Source: an uncultured Candidatus Rokubacteria bacterium (lineage in GTDB: Bacteria; Methylomirabilota; Methylomirabilia; Rokubacteriales; CSP1-6). From it: a stretch of DNA of 64,000 nucleotides. The stretch lies in contig CAVVEU010000014.1 in assembly GCA_963747235.1 (NCBI GenBank), forward strand, positions 32,001-96,000, given 5' to 3'. The position numbers and the translations under genes were made by a program. This document shows positions 56,689 to 64,000 of the stretch, one piece after another (within the stretch, counting starts at the first letter, position 1; every line of letters begins with the position of its first letter). Under the pieces are notes generated by a model. It saw only the letters and a list, made by a program, of their open reading frames with translations. It was not told the origin of the DNA and made no database searches.

Positions 56689-57665
56689 GCGTTGCACACC
56701 TGCCGGATCGCCGCCGCGATCTTGGCCTTCGACGGCGTCTTGAGCAGCTCCAGGTTCTTCGCGTAGGGCATCGGCGCGTTCTCGCCCGTGACCCGCAGAA
56801 CCGGCGCGTCGAGATCGTCGAAGGCGGTCTCGGTGATCTGGGCCGCGATCTCGGAGCCCATGCCCGCGAAGCCCGCGCCCGCCTCGAGCACCACCGCGCG
56901 ATGCGTCTTTCGAACGGACCCGATGATGGTCTCGGTGTCCATCGGCCGGAGCGTCCGGGGATCCACGATCTCGATCGAGATCCCCTCCTTGGCCAGCTCC
57001 TCCGCGAGCTCGAGGGCGCGGTACATCATGCCCATGTAGGCCACCACCGTGACGTCGGTGCCCTCGCGGCGGATCACCGCCTTGCCGAGGGGGATGAGGA
57101 ACTCCGGATCCTCCGGCACTTCACCCTTGACCGCGTACAGGGTCTCGGCCTCGATGAAGATCACCGGATTGTCGTCGCGGATGGCCGACTTCAGCAGCCC
57201 CTTGGCGTCGGCGGGCGTCGAGGGGCGCACCACCTTGAGCCCGGGCACGTGGTAGAAGTACGTCTCCATGGACTGCGAGTGCTGCGCGGCGAGCTGCGCC
57301 GCCGGCCCGCCGGGACCGCGAATCACGAGCGGGATATTGTATTGCCCGCCGGACATGTAGCACATCTTGGCCGCCGAGTTGACGATCTGGTCGAGTGCCA
57401 GGATCGAGAAGTTGAAGGTCATCATCTCGACCACCGGCCGGAGCCCCAGCATCGCGGAGCCGACACCCACGCCGGTGAAGCCGGATTCGCAGATGGGGGT
57501 GTCGATGATGCGCTTGTCGCCGAACTCCTTGAGCAGCCCCTGCGTCACCTTGTAGGCGCCGTCGTAGAGACCGACCTCCTCGCCCATCACGAACACCCGC
57601 GGGTCCCGCCGCATCTCCTCGCGGAGGGCCAGGTTGAGCGCCTCCCGGTAGGTCATGACCGCCAT
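56685..57665 (-). CDS. pdhB: Pyruvate dehydrogenase E1 beta
   Basis: MGEEVG.YDGAYKVT and AAQHSQS. Confidence 0.95.
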   Translation of the reverse strand: MAVMTYREALNLALREEMRRDPRVFVMGEEVGLYDGAYKVTQGLLKEFGDKRIIDTPICESGFTGVGVGSAMLGLRPVVEMMTFNFSILALDQIVNSAAKMCYMSGGQYNIPLVIRGPGGPAAQLAAQHSQSMETYFYHVPGLKVVRPSTPADAKGLLKSAIRDDNPVIFIEAETLYAVKGEVPEDPEFLIPLGKAVIRREGTDVTVVAYMGMMYRALELAEELAKEGISIEIVDPRTLRPMDTETIIGSVRKTHRAVVLEAGAGFAGMGSEIAAQITETAFDDLDAPVLRVTGENAPMPYAKNLELLKTPSKAKIAAAIRQVCNA

Positions 57666-57669
57666 GGCG

Positions 57670-58668
57670 TCAGGCCTTGTACACGTCGGTGAACAGCTCC
57701 GACGGCGGCGGCTCGGGCGAGGCCTCGGCGAAGGCGACCGCCTCGTCCGCGAGGTCGTTCACCGCCTTCTCGATGTTCCGGACGTCGACCTCGGTGAGGA
57801 TGCCGTCCTTCAGGACGCGGTCGGTGAACAGCGCGATCGGGTCCCGCAGCTTCTCGCGCTCGACCTCTTCCTTGGTCCGGTAGACCGAGCCGGCCGGATC
57901 GCGCATGGAGTGGCCGCGAAAGCGGTAGGTGCGGGCCTCGATGAGAGCGGGCGTCTTGTCTCGCCGCGCCCGCTCGACCGCGCGCGCCACCACGTCGCGC
58001 ACCGCGAGGACATCCATGCCGTCCACCGCCTCGCCGGGCATCCCGTAGGTCTCGGCGAAGCGCCAGATATCGGTCTGGGAGAGGGCGCGATGGATCGCGG
58101 TGCCCATCGCGTAGCGGTTGTTCTCGCAGATGAAGATCACCGGGAGCTTCCAGAGCGCGGCCAGGTTCATGGACTCGTGGAACTCGCCCTCCGGCACCGC
58201 CCCGTCGCCGAAGTAGCACAGCACCACCTGGTCGCCGCCCTGGTACTTGATCGCGAAGCCGGCGCCTGCGGCCAGCGGCAGGTGCGCGCCCACGATGCCG
58301 TGGCCGCCCAGGAAGTTGACGCTCTTGTCGAAGAGGTGCATCGAGCCGCCCTTGCCCTTGCTGAGGCCGTCCATCCGGCCGAACAGCTCGGCCATGATCC
58401 GGCGCGGGTCGGACCCCTTGGCCAGGCAGTGGCCGTGCTCGCGATAGGACGAGACCGCGTAGTCGTCCACGCGCACCGTCGAGGTGGCGCCCACCGCGAC
58501 CGCTTCCTGCCCGATATAGAGGTGAAGGAAGCCCCCGATCTTGCCCAGCGCGTACATCTCGGCCGCCTTCTCCTCGAAGCGCCGGATGAGCGCCATCTGC
58601 GTCAAAAGCCGCCGCGCCAGCTCCGCGTCGAGCCGGGTCTGGACCACCGCGGTCTTGGTCTGCGCCAT
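57670..58668 (-). CDS. pdhA: Pyruvate dehydrogenase E1 alpha
   Basis: IGGFLHLYIGQEA, GDGA..NN TPP motif and YRFRGHSM. Confidence 0.96.
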   Translation of the reverse strand: MAQTKTAVVQTRLDAELARRLLTQMALIRRFEEKAAEMYALGKIGGFLHLYIGQEAVAVGATSTVRVDDYAVSSYREHGHCLAKGSDPRRIMAELFGRMDGLSKGKGGSMHLFDKSVNFLGGHGIVGAHLPLAAGAGFAIKYQGGDQVVLCYFGDGAVPEGEFHESMNLAALWKLPVIFICENNRYAMGTAIHRALSQTDIWRFAETYGMPGEAVDGMDVLAVRDVVARAVERARRDKTPALIEARTYRFRGHSMRDPAGSVYRTKEEVEREKLRDPIALFTDRVLKDGILTEVDVRNIEKAVNDLADEAVAFAEASPEPPPSELFTDVYKA

Positions 58669-58690
58669 TCGGTCTGCCTCCTGGGTCCTG

Positions 58691-58993
58691 CTAGCCGCGA
58701 AGCGTGCTCAGCTCGTCCACCGAGAGGCGGCGGCGGAGCCGGAAGATCGTCACGATGATCGCGAGGCCCACCGCGACCTCGGCGGCGGCCACGCACAGCA
58801 CGAAGAACACCAGGGCCTGGCCCTCGGTCGTGCCGTGCCGCTGGCCGAAGGCCACCAGTGCCACATTCGCCGCGTTCAGCATCAGCTCGATGGACATGAA
58901 GATCACGAGCGGATTGCGCCGGATCAGGACCCCGAGCACGCCCATGGTGAACAGGACCGCGGACAGCGCGACGTAGTAGGACTCGGGGACCAT
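58691..58993 (-). CDS. nuoK: NADH-quinone oxidoreductase subunit K
   Basis: [11 protein letters not shown] and [10 protein letters not shown]. Confidence 0.96.
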   Translation of the reverse strand: MVPESYYVALSAVLFTMGVLGVLIRRNPLVIFMSIELMLNAANVALVAFGQRHGTTEGQALVFFVLCVAAAEVAVGLAIIVTIFRLRRRLSVDELSTLRG

Positions 58994-58994
58994 C

Positions 58995-59486
58995 CTACGC
59001 CCTGCGCTTGGTCAGCGCCATGACTCCCACGATGGCGACGAGCAGCAGCACCGAGGTGACCTCGAACGGGAACAGGTAATCGGTGAAGAGCACGCGCCCC
59101 ACCGCGTCCGTCCCGCCCGGCAGGTGCGGCTTGGGCGGGCCCGCGAGCACCGTCGAGCGCAGCACCAGCGCGACCAGGATCAGGAACACCGCGGCCACCG
59201 GCACCGCCAGCCAGCGCTGCCGGCGCAGCGGATCGGGCCCCGTCTCCTCCTTGCCCGGGATCAGCACCATGATCGCGAAGACGAAGAGCACCGCGATGGC
59301 GCCCGCGTAGATGATGATCTGCACCGCGGCCAGGAACTCCGCGCGCATGGTCAGGAAGAGCGCGGCCACCGTGCTCAGGTTGATCGCGAGGAAGAGGGCG
59401 CCGTGGATCGGGTTCCTCCGCAGCAGCATGCCGGCCGCGGAGCCGATCGCGAGCAGGGCCAGCACCGCGAACGTGAAGAGGCTCAC
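58995..59486 (-). CDS. nuoJ: NADH-quinone oxidoreductase subunit J
   Basis: [19 protein letters not shown] and [11 protein letters not shown]. Confidence 0.93.
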   Translation of the reverse strand: MSLFTFAVLALLAIGSAAGMLLRRNPIHGALFLAINLSTVAALFLTMRAEFLAAVQIIIYAGAIAVLFVFAIMVLIPGKEETGPDPLRRQRWLAVPVAAVFLILVALVLRSTVLAGPPKPHLPGGTDAVGRVLFTDYLFPFEVTSVLLLVAIVGVMALTKRRA

Positions 59487-60079
59487 CGCGGCTTCCGGGC
59501 GGGCGGGATCGGCACCGGCGACGTCGGGACCCCGTTGGGGCCGGCCGGCTCGAGCGCGAGCAGCGTGTCCTTGGTGTAGATCATGCTCTGGCGGTCGTAG
59601 GCCGAGAATTCGAGGATGCCGGTATCCATGCGGATGGCGTCCTCGGGACAGGCCTCCACGCAGTAGCCGCAGAACACGCACTTGCCCAGGTCGATGTCGA
59701 ACCGCTCGGGCACCTTCTCGATCTCGGGATTGGGGTGCTCGGTGGCCACGATGTAGATGCAGTGGGCCGGGCACACCGTCTCGCACATCATGCACGCCAC
59801 GCAGCGGGGCGAGCCGTCCTCCCGGCGCACCAGCCGGTGCAGGCTGCGCAGCCGCGGGGAATACGGCCGCCGCTCGTCGGGGTACTGGATGGTGACCGCC
59901 CCGCGCGCGCTCTTGACCCGGAAGACCACGTGCAGGGTGTGCCGCCCGAGGTTGGCGAAGAAGTGCTGGGCGGTCAGCGCCAGCCCCACCAGCACCTCGA
60001 CCACGTAGAAGCGCTGGCGGAGGCCGAGGCGGCTCGAGTGCCTGGGATCGGCGGGGGTGTTCGTCGTCTGGTAGGCCAT
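59483..60079 (-). CDS. nuoI: NADH-quinone oxidoreductase subunit I
   Basis: Two CxxCxxCxxxCP motifs. Confidence 0.94.
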   Translation of the reverse strand: MAYQTTNTPADPRHSSRLGLRQRFYVVEVLVGLALTAQHFFANLGRHTLHVVFRVKSARGAVTIQYPDERRPYSPRLRSLHRLVRREDGSPRCVACMMCETVCPAHCIYIVATEHPNPEIEKVPERFDIDLGKCVFCGYCVEACPEDAIRMDTGILEFSAYDRQSMIYTKDTLLALEPAGPNGVPTSPVPIPPARKPR

Positions 60080-60082
60080 GGC

Positions 60083-61206
60083 TCAGGGCTTCCCCACCGC
60101 CAGCAGCACGAGGCCGGTGACGAGGATGTTGAGGACCGACAGCGGGAAGAGGGCGAGCCAGCCGAGCCGCATCGCCTGGTCGTAGCGGAAGCGGGGCAGC
60201 GTCCACCGGATCAGCATGAGGAACCAGATCATGACCACGACCTTGGTGAGGAAGGCGGTGACCTGCATCCCCACCACCGCCAGGTGCGGCAGCGCCAGCG
60301 TCGCGCCCCAGGGGAACACGAAGCCCGAGGCCTGGAGATACGGAATCTGCCAGCCGCCCAGGAACAGCGCGGTGGTCATGCCCGCGATCACCACCGTCTC
60401 CAGGAAGTCGGCCATCGCGAACATGCCGAACTTCATCCCGCTGTACTCCACGAAGTACCCGATGATCTCCGACTCCCCTTCCGGGGTGTCGAACGGAATC
60501 CGCTTGGTGGACGCGATGCCCGCGGTCAGGAACAGGATGAAGGCGAGGGGCTGGGTCAGGATGCCCCACGCCGGGATCCAGCTCCCGAGGAACTGCGGCA
60601 GCAGCGGCTGGCCCTGACCCCGCGCGATGTCCTGCATGTTGAGCGAGCCGTACACCATGACCACGCCCATGATCGAGGCGCCGATCGCGACCTCCGCCGA
60701 GATCATGAGGGCGGCCGCGCGCTGGCCACCCAGCAGGGCGTAGTTGTTGGCGGAGGCCCAGCCCGCCATCATGAGCCCGTAGACGCCCAGCGAGATCATG
60801 CCGAGCACGTAGAGGATGCCCACGTTGAGCGTGACCGCCTGGAGCTGGATCTCGCGCCCCAGGATCTGGAGCGTGTCGCCGAACGGGATCGTCGCGAAGG
60901 CGGCCAGGCCGAAGAACACCGACACGAACGGGGCGAGCTTGAACATCAGCTTGTCCGCGCGCGCGGGGGTGAAGTCCTCCTTGGTCAGCATCTTGACCGC
61001 GTCGGCCAGCGGGTGGAGCAGCCCCAGGATGCGAATGCGGAAGCCGACACGGAGATGGACGCGCGGTTGGCGCCGATCCGGTCCTGCATGATCGCGGACT
61101 GCTTGCGCTCGACCCAGGTCAGGAGCCCGCCGAAGTTCAGCACCACGAACATGACGAAGCCGACCGGGATGGCCTGGAGCAGGAGGTCGAGGGCCACGCC
61201 GCTCAT
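60083..61206 (-). CDS. nuoH: NADH-quinone oxidoreductase subunit H (garbled stretch near 61030-61055)
   Basis: ERKQSAIMQDRIG, KEDF, PFDTPEGESE and PRFRYDQ. Confidence 0.93.
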
Positions 61207-62801
61207 GCCTTCACCACGAGGCCGGCGTCGCCCATCGCCCGGTAGGTCATGCCCGCGAAGGCGGGGACGTGGCCGGCGAGCGCGGTGAAGACCTGCTCGG
61301 CCCGGGTCGCGGCGAGCGCGGGATCGGCGCCGCCCAGCGCGCGGCCGAGCCGGCCCAGGATGTCCCAGTCCGCCACCGCCTCGCCGAGCGGCTCCACCAC
61401 CGTGCGGAAGCGCTGCACGCGTCCCTGGAAGTTGGTGAAGGTCCCCTCGCGCTCGACGTAGGCCGCGCTCGGCAGCACCAGGTGCGCCCCCGCGCTGGTG
61501 GCGTTCGCACTCGGGCCCTGGAACACCACCATCTCGGCGGCGGCGAGGGCCGCGGTCACGTCGGCCGCGGGCAGCCCCGAGTCGAGGAGATCGTGCTGGA
61601 AGATCCACAGCAGCTTGATCCGCCGCTGCCGCGCCCCGTCCAGGATCGCGGCGGTCTCTCCCTGGGAGAGGCCGATCAGCTCGGCCCCGCGCCGGTTGGG
61701 ATTCTTGTCCGCGCGGATCAGGAGATCGTCGTCCTCGCCCGGCACGCGCGGCGGCACCCGATGGTCCACCGCCCGGATGCCGAGCTGGCCCGCGATCCGC
61801 TGCAGCGCGAACAGGTCCTCGTTGGACATCTGGGGCGAGGCCAGGATCCCGATCTCCTCGGGCCGGTAGCGCCGGAGCGCGCCCACCAGGTCGGCCACCG
61901 CCTCGTCCCAGCCGAGCTGGACGTCCTTGCCGCCCGCGCGCCGCACCGGCGTCAGGAGGCGGCTGTCGTCGTCGATCCAGCGGAAGCCGTAGCGGCCCTC
62001 GTCGCAGATCCACCACCGGTTGACGTCGGCGTTGTGGCGCGGCTTGATGCGCGCGATGCGGCGGCCCTGGTTGTGGTGCAGCCGCCGCCGGCTGTGGTGC
62101 ACCTCGATGTTGCAGCCCCGCGCGCACCCGTTGCAGACCGAGCGGGCGGTGTCGAGGTACCACACGCGCACCTGGAAGCGGAACTCCCGGTCGGTGAGCG
62201 CGCCCACCGGGCAGATGTCGATGACGTTGCCCGAGTACTTGTTCTCGAGCGTCTTGCCCGGGAAGAGCCCGATCTCCGAGTGGTCGCCCCGGTTGAAGAT
62301 GCCGAGCTCCCCGGTGCCGGTCACCTCGTCGCAGAAGCGCACGCAGCGCGAGCAGAGGATGCAGCGCTCCGCGTCCAGGATGACGTGGGGGCCGAGCGGC
62401 ACCGCCTTGGGCTTGTGGACCTTCTCGTCCACCATGCGCGGGTCGTAGAGGCCGTGCCGCATGTAGTAGATCTGCAGCCAGCACTCGCCCGCCTGGTCGC
62501 ACACCGGGCAGTCCAGCGGGTGATTGACGAGGTGGAACTCCATGATGGACTTGCGGGTCTCGAGCACGCGCTCGGTCTGCGTGTGGACGACCATCCCGTC
62601 GGCGGCCTGGGTGTTGCAGCCGATCTGCGGGCGCGGGTTCTTCTCGATGTCCACCATGCAGAGCCGGCACTGGCCCGCGATGCTGAGGCCGGGGTGATAG
62701 CAGTAGTGCGGCACCTCGGAGCCGGCCTGCCGGGCGGCCTCGATGAGGTTGGTGCCGGGGGCGACTTCGACTTCCTTGCCGTCGATGGTTAATTTAGGCA
62801 T
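61203..62801 (-). CDS. nuoG: NADH-quinone oxidoreductase subunit G (short form, about 532 aa)
   Basis: PHYCYHPGL..CRLC, HPLDCPVCDQAGEC, CILCSRCVRFC and CNGCARGC. Confidence 0.93.
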   Translation of the reverse strand: MPKLTIDGKEVEVAPGTNLIEAARQAGSEVPHYCYHPGLSIAGQCRLCMVDIEKNPRPQIGCNTQAADGMVVHTQTERVLETRKSIMEFHLVNHPLDCPVCDQAGECWLQIYYMRHGLYDPRMVDEKVHKPKAVPLGPHVILDAERCILCSRCVRFCDEVTGTGELGIFNRGDHSEIGLFPGKTLENKYSGNVIDICPVGALTDREFRFQVRVWYLDTARSVCNGCARGCNIEVHHSRRRLHHNQGRRIARIKPRHNADVNRWWICDEGRYGFRWIDDDSRLLTPVRRAGGKDVQLGWDEAVADLVGALRRYRPEEIGILASPQMSNEDLFALQRIAGQLGIRAVDHRVPPRVPGEDDDLLIRADKNPNRRGAELIGLSQGETAAILDGARQRRIKLLWIFQHDLLDSGLPAADVTAALAAAEMVVFQGPSANATSAGAHLVLPSAAYVEREGTFTNFQGRVQRFRTVVEPLGEAVADWDILGRLGRALGGADPALAATRAEQVFTALAGHVPAFAGMTYRAMGDAGLVVKA

Positions 62802-62809
62802 ACGTGAGC

Positions 62810-64000
62810 TTAGGCATCGCGCGGGATCAAGGCCTCGAACTCCTCGCGGAACTTCTCGATGTAGCTGACGTAGGGGCCGACCGCGCCGTCGTAGAAGGCG
62901 CAGATGGTGGTGCCGGCGCCGCGCTTGGCCACGTCCAGGATCGTGTCGAGGTCCTCCTTGCGGCCCTTTCCGTCCACGATCCGGTGCGCGATCTTGTAGA
63001 TCCAGCCGGTGGATTCGCGGCAGGGCGTGCACTGGCCGCACGATTCGTGCGCGTAGAAGCGCGCCACCACCATCAGGGCCTCCGGGATCGAGACCGTCTC
63101 GTCCATCACGATCACGCCCGCGGAGCCGATCATGGTGCCGGCCGCCTTGAGGCCGTCGGCGTCCATGCTCACGTCGATCTCGTCCGCGGTGAGGATCGGG
63201 GCCGAGGAGCCGCCGGGCACCACCGCCTTCAGGCGCCGCCCGTCGCGGATGCCGCCGCAGTGGTCGTAGATGAGCGAGCGCAGGGTCACCGACACCGGGG
63301 CCTCCACCACGCCCGGCTTCACCACGTGGCCGGACACCGAGTAGAGCCGGGTCCCGCCCTGGGTCTTGGTGCCGAGCCCGGCGAACCACGCGGCGCCCCG
63401 GTTGATGATGTGGGGCACCGCCGCGATGGTCTCCACGTTGTTCACGATGGTGGGCTGCCCGAAGGCGCCCTTGATCGCGGGGAACGGCGGCTTGATCTTG
63501 GGCCAGCCCTTCTTGCCCTCGAGCGAGGAGAGCAGGCCCGTCTCCTCGCCGCAGATGTAGGCGCCCGCCCCGCGATGGATCACGATGTCGAAGTCGAAGC
63601 CCGAGCCCTGGATGTTCCGGCCGAGCAGCCCCGCGTCGTAGGCTTCCTTCACCGCGCCGCTGAACACCTGCCACGGCTTCACGTACTCGCCCCGGATGTA
63701 GACGAACCCGACGTGCGAGTCGATCGCCCGCGCCGCGATGATCATGCCCTCGATCAGGGCGTGGGGATCGCGCTCGAGCAGGTAGCGGTCCTTGAACGTG
63801 CCCGGCTCCCCCTCGTCCGCGTTGATCACGAGATACTTCGGCGCCGTCCGACCCTTGGGGATGAAGCTCCACTTCATGCCGGTGGGGAAGGCGGCGCCGC
63901 CGAGGCCGCGGAGGTTGGACTTCTTCACCTCCTCGGTGATCGCGGTGGGCTCCATCGCGAGCGCCTTGGGCAGCGCGGTGTACCCGCCGGTCTCGCGGTA
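62810..64000 (-). CDS. nuoF: NADH-quinone oxidoreductase subunit F (5' end outside window)
   Basis: LRGLGGAAFP, NADEGEPGTFKD, YICGEET and ESCGQCTPCRE. Confidence 0.96.
   Translation of the reverse strand, partial: YRETGGYTALPKALAMEPTAITEEVKKSNLRGLGGAAFPTGMKWSFIPKGRTAPKYLVINADEGEPGTFKDRYLLERDPHALIEGMIIAARAIDSHVGFVYIRGEYVKPWQVFSGAVKEAYDAGLLGRNIQGSGFDFDIVIHRGAGAYICGEETGLLSSLEGKKGWPKIKPPFPAIKGAFGQPTIVNNVETIAAVPHIINRGAAWFAGLGTKTQGGTRLYSVSGHVVKPGVVEAPVSVTLRSLIYDHCGGIRDGRRLKAVVPGGSSAPILTADEIDVSMDADGLKAAGTMIGSAGVIVMDETVSIPEALMVVARFYAHESCGQCTPCRESTGWIYKIAHRIVDGKGRKEDLDTILDVAKRGAGTTICAFYDGAVGPYVSYIEKFREEFEALIPRDA

Overview
High-GC bacterial chromosome segment, mostly housekeeping genes on the - strand. 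Gene content and repeat style suggest Candidatus Rokubacteria/Methylomirabilota, but this is an inference that the complete 16S gene here can test. From the 5' end it holds rluD, lspA and ileS; two GT-C-like membrane proteins; tatA; and a selenocysteine locus (selB, selA, tRNA-Sec). Next come a pentaheme cytochrome c, an AhpD/CMD-like gene, a MoaD/ThiS-like gene, mltD, lpxL, pit/DUF47, yacG, a site-2 protease and ogt. A complete 16S-Ile-Ala-23S-5S rRNA operon follows, then tyrS, PBP1A, glyQS-recO-era-ybeY-phoH-aspS-hisS, and a cluster of uncharacterised envelope genes. The end holds mcm/pccB and a nuoFGHIJK-pdhABC-lpdA-acyl-CoA dehydrogenase run that lacks nuoLMN. Many essential genes carry single indels, which looks like long-read consensus error. 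The best finding is that two ORFs the track splits (15412-15666 and 14698-15375) are one in-frame AhpD/CMD protein with a C-N-Y-UGA (CxxU) motif followed by a SECIS-like hairpin. This candidate selenoprotein lies about 1.2 kb from tRNA-Sec, directly downstream of a sulfur-carrier-like gene ending GG-C. Other signals are a dispersed palindromic repeat (one copy inserted in frame in a gene), many apparent leaderless promoters, and three genes sharing an HPxxGxxLG motif.
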